A stretch of 64,000 bases of DNA, taken from contig JAFATB010000019.1 in the NCBI GenBank assembly GCA_019244185.1, forward strand, positions 256,001-320,000, in the 5' to 3' direction. The number at the start of each line of letters is the position of its first letter. The first letter of the stretch is position 1. Shown piece by piece: positions 8,427-16,321 of the stretch. This DNA is from Acidobacteriota bacterium. GTDB taxonomy: Bacteria; Acidobacteriota; Thermoanaerobaculia; Gp7-AA8. The translations under genes were made by a program, and so were the position numbers. The notes under the pieces are model-generated. The model saw nothing but the letters and a program-made list of their open reading frames with translations. It was not told the origin of the DNA and searched no databases.

Positions 8427-10936
8427 GTCGCTTCGTCTCCCGCACGGAAGTACGGACTCAGAACGTCCTCGCATATTTTTGTGAGGACGGCCACCTTCGC
8501 CTCCCGAGCACCACTCGACCGATTGACCGACAAGTCAAAACTCACTTCGCGATCTCGCTCGTTCGGCCCGCGTATGTAGTCTGTCGCGAAGTGCAGCGCG
8601 CTAAACGACACGTCGTGATCCTCCATCCGGTTGTGTGTCGCTACGGCGTTCGCCATACGCGAAATTTCGTTGTCGATGGAGTTGGCGGTCAGCTTCGCTG
8701 AGAGATCCCGCTGGTTATAATCCTCCTCAAGGACTGTCGGTACCGACACATGACAACCGCTATCAAGGTGAGGGAACAGCGCCAGCACACCATTACGTGG
8801 CGCTGTGACCGCATGGACCACACGGTCGTGTTGCAATAACAAATACTCGGACGGGCAAAACATCCGCGAGTAGAGATCCTCCGGCGAAGTCAGCGCGCCG
8901 AGCTTTCCAACGTATAGCACTTCACGCGCGCCAAGCTCGCACACGGCACGCACGACTTCTTCGGAGATCGAGCCCCAGTAACTGTATCGAACGCCGAGCA
9001 GAGTTAAGAATCGCCCGCCGGGAAGCGAGTAACGATACGAGCCATAGTATGGCGTCTCGACCGGCGCTCGAACTTGTGTCGCCCAGCGCGCGTCATCGAG
9101 ATATTGCTTGATCGGCTCGACGTAGCCCAATAGTACGCTATCACCACCGTCAACAAGGTGCGCACCAAGTCCGGTTCTTGTCGGCAATCGCCTCTCAGCC
9201 AACGGATACCGAATTATGCTGATCCGCTCGTCGGCATGCGTCGTTTCTTCGAAGACAATATATCGAACGAGCGAGGCGTAATGCATGACGTAGTCGTGGC
9301 CGGGCGTGACGCACACGAGTAGTCCATCGGGCGCGCCCGGATTGCGACGTCGAAAGAACACTGGCCTGATGTGGTTGAATGCTTTGCTCTGGTGCGACTG
9401 TTCGCTTTCAAGCGGCACGAGGCTTCCCCAGCCATGCTGCACGGCCACCTGCGACACATCATCAGGAAAGACTCCGTGGACCTCTATCTGACCTCCGCGC
9501 GTTATTACGTCCTTGATGTCATCGGCCGGCACCTTGCGATGCACGTAGTCGTTCAGCGCACGATACATGGTGTGGTCGAGCGAGCGGCACACCGGCAAGC
9601 CGGACCATCCCTCAATAATTCGGTCGGCATACGCGGCCAATTCCGGACTTGCTGTCCCCGAGAACGCATACGCGCTGTCGGCCCCGGGAACATCGTCTGC
9701 GCTCGTCACGACGTTAGGCTGCGGCTCGGCGTCGAGGTAGCTCGTCCGGCGCGGCCCCGCCGGGACTGCAAACGTTGGCCCAAACAGGGCCAGTGGAAGG
9801 CCGCTTCTGATCGCGGCCGTTATGACGTCATTGTCGTTCGAACACTGCAGCTTCTGCCTAATCGTCTTCATGTGCGCCACTACTACTGCGCGCGCCAGAT
9901 TCGTATGAGTCGCGATTAGATCTGGCGATTGCAGGCTCAGCATGCCCTTCAGTACTTGGACTTCCTCGGACGACAACTGCTCGTTCCCGAACAGCGGCCC
10001 CAACGACAGTCCTTGTGCCGCGCCAGAGCCGAGCGCAGAGCGCGGCACCATGATCTGACCGGATATGTCGACGAAAAACCCTTGCAGGCCGATGCATCGC
10101 CCGCTTGCGTCGAACAGAGGCCGTTCCGTAACAAGAATGTCAGCCATCCGATCGACCATGATTTCTGTCTCTTGCACATTCACTCGCGGCGGCGCGTTGC
10201 CGGAGATCACTTGGCGATCACCCGCTTGAAAAAAAGGCGCGAGTGCGCGCCACGGCATGACATCGTCGGTTTTTCCGAGCATCGCCGCTGGGGAATCGAA
10301 ACCGGCGGCCTGCGCGTACCTCTCGTTGGCGGCGATATAACGGAGACTCGTGTCTTTTGCCCACGTATAGATGTCAGGGATATTCGCGGTGCCGGCGACA
10401 CCGAAGCTGTTCGGCACTCGGGCCACCAAGTGCGTTTCTGCGGACGGCTGCAACGTTGAACGGACTGCGGCGATCACCTGCTGAATTGCTTGTTCGCCGA
10501 TGTAATCCCGTTCGGCTTGCGTCAGATTCGGCGCGTTAGGCGCCAGATCAACATGGAGCGGGCTCGGCCACTTGGCAAGCACGATCTCTGGGATCCAGCG
10601 TGCACCGGCGGGCAGAATGAGTATTGGTGAGAGATCGCCTCGATCTACCCACCAGCGGACACTCCGATACAGGTCATCATCGGTGAATTCATGCATCGCA
10701 CCCGGCGTGCAGACCAGCAACCAAATGCAGGGGGTCCTGTCGCCTAGGTCGAGGACACCTCGTAGCGCCCTGGCAGCCGGCACGCCCGATCCAGGCCGGA
10801 CGGAGAGCACAAATGATTCTCTTGACGTGCCTCCGCTGACAACCACGGTGCGTCCTTGCAATGAATCATTAAGCCAGTCCGCTACTCGCTGACCATCATC
10901 CGCGCGATAGACGATGAAGACTGGCAATTCCAACAT
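8423..10936 (-). CDS. Multidomain fusion: TIR-like, PAS, LuxR-type HTH, nucleoside phosphorylase-like
   Basis: aa5-160 VFIVYRADDG..LLVCTPGA; aa185-292 WAKD..YIAAN..GKTD..PLFD..GFFVDI; aa318-381 LSSEEVQVL..IRQKL; C-terminus LYVGKLGAL, IDNE, FATD. Confidence 0.75.
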   Translation of the reverse strand: MLELPVFIVYRADDGQRVADWLNDSLQGRTVVVSGGTSRESFVLSVRPGSGVPAARALRGVLDLGDRTPCIWLLVCTPGAMHEFTDDDLYRSVRWWVDRGDLSPILILPAGARWIPEIVLAKWPSPLHVDLAPNAPNLTQAERDYIGEQAIQQVIAAVRSTLQPSAETHLVARVPNSFGVAGTANIPDIYTWAKDTSLRYIAANERYAQAAGFDSPAAMLGKTDDVMPWRALAPFFQAGDRQVISGNAPPRVNVQETEIMVDRMADILVTERPLFDASGRCIGLQGFFVDISGQIMVPRSALGSGAAQGLSLGPLFGNEQLSSEEVQVLKGMLSLQSPDLIATHTNLARAVVVAHMKTIRQKLQCSNDNDVITAAIRSGLPLALFGPTFAVPAGPRRTSYLDAEPQPNVVTSADDVPGADSAYAFSGTASPELAAYADRIIEGWSGLPVCRSLDHTMYRALNDYVHRKVPADDIKDVITRGGQIEVHGVFPDDVSQVAVQHGWGSLVPLESEQSHQSKAFNHIRPVFFRRRNPGAPDGLLVCVTPGHDYVMHYASLVRYIVFEETTHADERISIIRYPLAERRLPTRTGLGAHLVDGGDSVLLGYVEPIKQYLDDARWATQVRAPVETPYYGSYRYSLPGGRFLTLLGVRYSYWGSISEEVVRAVCELGAREVLYVGKLGALTSPEDLYSRMFCPSEYLLLQHDRVVHAVTAPRNGVLALFPHLDSGCHVSVPTVLEEDYNQRDLSAKLTANSIDNEISRMANAVATHNRMEDHDVSFSALHFATDYIRGPNERDREVSFDLSVNRSSGAREAKVAVLTKICEDVLSPYFRAGDEAT

Positions 10937-10942
10937 ACGGTC

Positions 10943-11887
10943 TCACCGCGCGGCCATCTCTTCGTGAAGCCTTGCTCGCTCAGCGGTCAACGCCGCAGCG
11001 AAGGACACGTACTGGTCGACACCCAGGTCGCTGAGAAACGACCACGTTGGACGCGCGGAGACCTGTAGCTCCTCTATCTGTACGTCCTCCGTGTATAGCG
11101 AGTGAACCAACGATTCACTCTCCGCCGGTGTGCGGCCTGTCGCCTGCGCGAAATACCTGGATAGCCTTTCGACGTCAGGCAGGTTGCGAGCGATGGCCGA
11201 TGCCGTGAAGGCTTTGGCAGCAGCGGCGCGCGCACCCTCGTCAAATTCTTCCCAGAGCCACCGGCCGAGCGCCTTGAACTGTGACGCGTGAATCGATTCA
11301 TCGTCTGCGTGCGTTCGGCATATTGTGCGCACCGATTCGGCCAGGCGACTATCGCCGGCAAACTTGCCAAGCTCAATCGAGATGCGCGTCTCCGTGACAA
11401 CACCGTTAAGCACTGTCACGATCTCACGCTGCGAGGCATCCGGCTCCTGGGAGCGCTGGCTTGCAAGCCGTCGTAAGAACAACGGCCCGGTGCGGTCAGG
11501 TGGGCGACCTAATCCAAACTGCGATCGAAGATCGGTAAGAAAGCGTTGGGACTGCTCGGCGTGAAAGCCTTCATCTGTTGCCAACCGGTACAGATCTTGT
11601 TCAGCGCGTTCAGGGATGTCGTACGGCAAACGTCGCACCGACGCGATGGCGGGAATCACCAGACAGTGTTCAACTTCAACGGTGTCTTCCAGGAACCCAC
11701 AGAAACACGCTGCTCCGAAGCGTCGGCTTTCATCGATGGAGCTGAAGTGGGGCTCGAGCAACGTATTCGGTGGATAGTAAATGTCGCCCGTGTCGACGCG
11801 AGGCCGCGGCAGTTCCTGCGATAGCAGTGAAGGCGTTCTCCCGGCACTCTCGTATGTGCTGTATCGTGGGTAGCTCGTGCTGGGCAT
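10943..11887 (-). CDS. AurF/CmlI-family diiron oxygenase (amine N-oxygenase-like)
   Basis: Diiron ligand pattern EVEH, DEGFH, VTET, HADDESIH. 314 aa. Confidence 0.85.
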   Translation of the reverse strand: MPSTSYPRYSTYESAGRTPSLLSQELPRPRVDTGDIYYPPNTLLEPHFSSIDESRRFGAACFCGFLEDTVEVEHCLVIPAIASVRRLPYDIPERAEQDLYRLATDEGFHAEQSQRFLTDLRSQFGLGRPPDRTGPLFLRRLASQRSQEPDASQREIVTVLNGVVTETRISIELGKFAGDSRLAESVRTICRTHADDESIHASQFKALGRWLWEEFDEGARAAAAKAFTASAIARNLPDVERLSRYFAQATGRTPAESESLVHSLYTEDVQIEELQVSARPTWSFLSDLGVDQYVSFAAALTAERARLHEEMAAR

Positions 11888-11911
11888 GATGCAGCTTCCT
11901 AAATTCGACGA

Positions 11912-12721
11912 CTAAGGATTCACGCCGACCTTATCGTCCAATCGAAGTTGATCGCCTACGTTGACGTGCTTCCCGCCTTCGGACATGTCGAGTCGTGTAT
12001 TGACAGCGACCCGATAGTAGAGCGGCCCGAAACGTGCGCGCGTCGACCAGTCAGGAAGCGTTTCCAATCGCTTCGCGATGAAACGCTTTTCAAAGTCTGG
12101 CGTGGGCTGTCCAGTGATCGAGTCGCGCACCGGTACAACGCAGCGCTTGCAAGGCCCCACGCCATACAGGTGAACGTCGCCGAGGGAGAAGCCGACGTCG
12201 TCGCCGCGCTTGCCGAACAGCCGGTCTTCCCAGAACGCGGTGTCTGCGGATACTTCGACATTCGCTCTGAAGCGTCTTCTCGTTTCATCGAGATCTGACA
12301 ACGCATACCACGAGCTCATTTCGGCGATCGTCCCGGAGCTAATTACCGTTGGCCCCTGCGCATGCGAGTCGTCCGGAAATCCCGAATGCGTATCTCGTTT
12401 TATATGAACAGCCTTTGCGAGCGTGTCCGAGAACCACTCCTCTAAGACGGCCAGGTTTCCGACGAGATCGAATGTACGCGCCTCGGGAGAAGCGGGTGAT
12501 GTCAACGTAACGGCGAGGTTGGCGAGGTCGTACGTCGCCCTGATGTTATTCAGCCGCGCTTCGCTCTTGCCATTGATCCAGCGGTCGGCGTCGTCGTACA
12601 GCGCAAACTCGCGGTCGTGCTCCAGAGCGCCGCTGGGCAAGACAGCAGCAGCGTTGACGGAGATGCCATCAAGAGACTTGATCGGGAAGAGGACAATCTT
12701 GGAAACACGAATCTCCACCAT
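11912..12721 (-). CDS. MOSC-domain molybdenum cofactor protein (YcbX/mARC-like, no ferredoxin domain)
   Basis: FPIKSLDG, DREFAL, RRFRANV, PCKRCVVP. Confidence 0.92.
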   Translation of the reverse strand: MVEIRVSKIVLFPIKSLDGISVNAAAVLPSGALEHDREFALYDDADRWINGKSEARLNNIRATYDLANLAVTLTSPASPEARTFDLVGNLAVLEEWFSDTLAKAVHIKRDTHSGFPDDSHAQGPTVISSGTIAEMSSWYALSDLDETRRRFRANVEVSADTAFWEDRLFGKRGDDVGFSLGDVHLYGVGPCKRCVVPVRDSITGQPTPDFEKRFIAKRLETLPDWSTRARFGPLYYRVAVNTRLDMSEGGKHVNVGDQLRLDDKVGVNP

Positions 12722-13999
12722 AGCTTCCTCATGAAGACGCGGCTGCAGTCACCGATCTCTACTCTGTTATGGAGTGTCAGCAGCGACGGATTCCCTACCT
12801 CCTTGAACAAAAAATCGGAGATTCATTCGAGAACGCCTGTACGATGGGCTCTCGTCCGACGTCATGGTCGATGGCGATTCGAGGCCTCTCGCGGCCGCGA
12901 ACGCACGATCACGTGTCAGCTTGAATGGCAGCGGGATGCAGCAGAACGAGAGCGATTGTCCGCGAGTGGCACTGCGGAAACGACTGCTTGCGATAGCACG
13001 GAGAGCACAACGAAACTCGTGTACCGCTGTCGTGACGATAGCCGCTTGGAGGCATGCGAACTGGCTTCCGAGATGTGCTTGGGCGAAGCCACCACTCTTG
13101 ATCGCCGATGAATCAGGGAGAGTTCGCGTCTTCGAGGAGGGATGTGCTTGCGGCCAATTCGACATACCTGCTGCGACAATCTTGGTGCGCGATTCAAGGC
13201 CGAGCGGCATAGTCGAACTAGATGGACTGGACTCCGGGCAGTTGGCGTGCCTCGAAGCTGGAGATGGCGTCCGAAAGTTGCGAAGAGAATTAGCATGGCA
13301 AGTCGCCGAATCAAAGCGGGTTGAGGCGATACTTCGTTAGTCTGATCCGGATCGAACCGCCGATGCCGCTCGTCGGCGGTTCAATGTCGCCAACTTCCGT
13401 GGTCCTTGCATCACTTTTTTTTGCGGCGGCGAGCGCGCCGGGCGATTCGCGGCCTCAACGTCACGCTCCGTGCGCATCTTCTTCAGCGTCTCGCGTTGAC
13501 CTGTGGGCAGATGCCCGGATGAGCCCCGAGAAGCGCAAGCCGAGACGCCCTTCGCGATTCGGCTGCCGTCGCGCGCGTGCTGGCGCACCCGCGGGGTTGG
13601 TGGAGGCGGAGGCGGTGGCTGGATGCCAACACTACCTGTGTGAAAACCGTCCGAGTTCTGCGCGAAAACCCGTCCCAATCCACCCGGCTTGACGCCGACT
13701 CGCGTAAGGAGAAACACTTGTAACAGTTGACGTTAGGCGAAACCAGTCGATCGCGCTTGTCGACACCTGAACTCCTCACTACTGAAGGTCGCTGCGTCAC
13801 GCCACAGCGAGCAGAGCGGTTCGAAAATCGTCTCGGATACCCCGCCAGGCGGGCGGCAACGTGCCGCTGCGCTGGTTGGCCCAGCCTTCTTCAGGGTTTT
13901 CATTCTGAAGATCGTGCGCTGCGAGACTCGGTCGAAGTAGAATGCGCGCCGCGCGGAATTTCGATTTCGCGTTTCTGCTTAGTGGATTGCGCTTCAGCC

Positions 14000-14093
14000 G
14001 GAGAGATGGGTGAGTGGCTGAAACCAACGGTTTGCTAAACCGTCGTAGGGCCTTAAAGCTCTACCGAGGGTTCGAATCCCTCTCTCTCCGCCA
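14000..14093 (+). tRNA. tRNA-Ser(GCT)
   Basis: Acceptor stem GGAGAGA/TCTCTCC plus GCCA. Anticodon arm ACGGT-TTGCTAA-ACCGT. Long variable arm. GGTTCGAATCC T-loop. Confidence 0.97.
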
Positions 14094-14120
14094 CCGGGCG
14101 CCAGATGCGCGGCGTTCCGC

Positions 14121-14159
14121 TTCTCAATTCTTCATTCTGCGTTCTGCATTCTTCATTCA
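14121..14159 (+). repeat. 39-bp heptamer-periodic element (TTCTnnn units), copy 1
   Basis: ttctcaa-ttcttca-ttctgcg-ttctgca-ttcttca-ttca. Exact reverse complement at 42861-42899. Confidence 0.9.
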
Positions 14160-15655
14160 AGCTCCACCGGCGCCAGCGCCTCGCGTGCCGGTCCGTTCAA
14201 CACGTCTCCATCCGGCGTGAACCTCGACCCGTGGCACGGGCAGTCCCATGTGCGCTCGGCGACGTTCCACGCGACGTCGCACTTCATGTGCGTGCAGACG
14301 GGTGAGACGGCGTGCAGCGCGCCGCTCGGGTCCCGATACGCGGCGACTTTTTTGCCGTTGACCGAGAGAATTTTTGCCTCGCCGGCGCGGACGTCCGCGG
14401 TTTCTTTTCCTTCCACGTCGTGAGGCGTGAGGCGATCGGCAACGAGCCGCTTCGGGAACTCCATGTTCTCGGTGAGGAACTCGCGCACGGTCATGTGCGC
14501 GTGCACGCGGTTCGGGCGGAAGGTCTCCGCCCACGGGTTCTCGACGTCGGTCAGAAGATCGGTGCAGATCATCGCGCCGAGGGTGCCCATGGTCATGCCC
14601 TGGCCGGAGTAGCCGGTGGCGATGCAGAGATTGCCGGAGCGGCCGATGAGCGCGAGGCCGCCGTGCGGCTCGATGACCTGTCCCGACCAGCGGTAGCGCA
14701 CCGGACGCGCGCCGAACATCTCGCGCGCGTACGCTTCCACCTTCGCGAACGACGCCTCGGTGTCGTCGTTCTCGCCGACGCGGTGATCTTCGCCGCCGAC
14801 GATGAGAAACGTCCCGGAGTCGGTCTCCTGCCAGCGCGTGTAGTGATACGGATCGGCCGTATCCCAGAACAAACCGTCGGGATGCTCGCCGTCGACGGCC
14901 ATCGCGATCGCGTACGTGCGGTACGGCGCGGCTTTCGTCAGCACGACGGTGAAGCCGGAGATGGGGACGTTCGTGGCCATGATCGCGCCGCGGGCGCGGA
15001 CGGTGCCGCCTTCGCTCTCGATGATGCACGGCGTGCCGTCGTGCACGCCCGTCACCTGCGTGCGCTCGTAGATCTTGCCGCCGCGCGCCACGACCTGCGC
15101 CGCGAGACCGGCCAGGTACTCGCGCGGGTGGAACTGCGCCTGATCGCGGAAGACGACCGCGCCGCGCGTAGCGAATGGCAGCGGCACGTTGTCGGTCCAC
15201 TCGACGTCGAGCCCCGCCTCGCGCGCGGCGGCGAGCTCGTTTTTCAGCTCCCCGACGTACTTCCGCCTTTCCGTGTAGAGGTAGCCCGGCACTTTCCGGA
15301 AATGACACTCGATGGAATGGCGGGAGATCAGCTCCTCGATCTGCGCCATCGCCGCGCGGTTCGCATCGGCCACCGCCCGCGCCTCCTCCACGCTGTATTT
15401 GCGACGGAGGAAGTGATAGCGCGCGTCGACGGCGGCGGTGATGTGCGCGGTGGTGTTGCCCGTCTCGCCGCCGCCGATGACTTCCTTCTCCAGCACGGCC
15501 ACGGTCTGGCCGCGCTCGAGGAGCAGCAGCGCCGCGGTGAGGCCGGTGATGCCGGCGCCGATGACGGCCACGTCGACGTCGATTTCTCCGCGCAGAGGAT
15601 CGAAGCGCGGCGCGGCGGCGGTGGCGTCCCAGAGGGAAGTCGAACGTTGATGCAT
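14153..15655 (-). CDS. FAD-dependent oxidoreductase with C-terminal Rieske domain (YhfW-like)
   Basis: VIGAGITG. Rieske motifs CTHMKC and CPCHGS. ATG at 15655 with AAGGA upstream. Confidence 0.92.
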   Translation of the reverse strand: MHQRSTSLWDATAAAPRFDPLRGEIDVDVAVIGAGITGLTAALLLLERGQTVAVLEKEVIGGGETGNTTAHITAAVDARYHFLRRKYSVEEARAVADANRAAMAQIEELISRHSIECHFRKVPGYLYTERRKYVGELKNELAAAREAGLDVEWTDNVPLPFATRGAVVFRDQAQFHPREYLAGLAAQVVARGGKIYERTQVTGVHDGTPCIIESEGGTVRARGAIMATNVPISGFTVVLTKAAPYRTYAIAMAVDGEHPDGLFWDTADPYHYTRWQETDSGTFLIVGGEDHRVGENDDTEASFAKVEAYAREMFGARPVRYRWSGQVIEPHGGLALIGRSGNLCIATGYSGQGMTMGTLGAMICTDLLTDVENPWAETFRPNRVHAHMTVREFLTENMEFPKRLVADRLTPHDVEGKETADVRAGEAKILSVNGKKVAAYRDPSGALHAVSPVCTHMKCDVAWNVAERTWDCPCHGSRFTPDGDVLNGPAREALAPVELE

Positions 15656-15731
15656 GCGATGGAATCCTTTCCGCGCGTCGCCGAGCAAGTTCTGTGCGCG
15701 CGCACGTTTTGCGCTAAATGCAAAGCGGGCC

Positions 15732-15747
15732 CGGCACGCTTCGTGCT
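15732..15747 (+). promoter_or_regulatory. Putative sigma-54 (-24/-12) promoter of the KGG gene
   Basis: cGGCACGCTTCGTGCt = GG-N10-GC. Confidence 0.6.
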
Positions 15748-15824
15748 CGGCCTTAAAGCCACCTCATGGAGGTGCCGGCAGTACCGAAACGACTGATTCT
15801 GCGAACCCGAAGGAGACACACCAA

Positions 15825-16277
15825 ATGGCAACGAGCAAGCGCGGTTTTGCGTCGATGGACGCGTTGAAGCAGCGCGAGATCGCCAGCAAGGGCGGTCGCG
15901 CCGCACACGCGAAAGGAACGGCCCACGAGTTCACGTCGGACGAGGCACGCGTCGCCGGCCGCAAGGGCGGCGAGGCGGTGAGCCGCGATCGCGCGCACAT
16001 GGCCGCGATCGGACGGGAAGGTGGCCACAGCCGTGGAGCGCGTGCACGCGCCGCCGCGGGCAGCGGCAACGACATCGCCAGCAGCAACGACTCGCAGCCG
16101 TTCGTCCGCCAAGCGAACGAAGAGCGCGGCGGCTTCGAATCCTCGAGCGGCGGCCGCGGCGCGGCGACCGGCGGCGGCTTCGGCTCGAACGAGCGCCCGG
16201 GAACCTCGCGTTCCGAACGCCCCAGCAACGACAACGCGAACGACGGCGGTCCGCTCTCGAATCGCGACCGCATCTGA
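15825..16277 (+). CDS. KGG-repeat general stress protein (YciG/Con-10-like)
   Basis: RGFASMD..QREIASKGG, AGRKGG, AIGREGG. AAGGAG RBS. Confidence 0.9.
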   Translation: MATSKRGFASMDALKQREIASKGGRAAHAKGTAHEFTSDEARVAGRKGGEAVSRDRAHMAAIGREGGHSRGARARAAAGSGNDIASSNDSQPFVRQANEERGGFESSSGGRGAATGGGFGSNERPGTSRSERPSNDNANDGGPLSNRDRI

Positions 16278-16288
16278 CGAGTGCTTCC

Positions 16289-16318
16289 TGAGGGACGGGT
16301 CACGCGACTCGTCCCTCA
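16289..16318. terminator. Stem-loop between convergent genes
   Basis: tgagggacgggtc-acgc-gactcgtccctca. No U-tract. Confidence 0.55.
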
Positions 16319-16321
16319 CCC

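Larger units (their letters stand above)
1..13700. mobile_element. Probable genomic island / accessory region (right-hand part only; boundary approximate)
   Basis: Codon usage and GC visibly differ from the genes after 14.1 kb. Cargo is typical of integrative elements (HerA-like ATPase-nuclease, S24 domains, excisionase-like HTH). No integrase in the window. Confidence 0.55.

Noticed and set aside
13598-13609. TGGTGGAGGCGG, reverse complement of a tmRNA-like 3' end (possible att site)
   Set aside because: Only 12 nt, no T-loop sequence beside it, and the orientation would put the island on the wrong side.
12767-13717. ORFs of 100-160 aa in the junction region
   Set aside because: Overlapping in several frames, with no RBS, motifs or consistent codon bias.
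14000-14093. tRNA-Ser as the island integration site
   Set aside because: The accessory DNA lies 5' of the tRNA, whereas integration normally places it 3'. I found no duplicated tRNA end or integrase in the window.
15684-15699. Sigma-54 promoter for the Rieske oxidoreductase (minus strand CG-CACAGAACTT-GC)
   Set aside because: The invariant GG at -24 is CG, so it is a near miss only.
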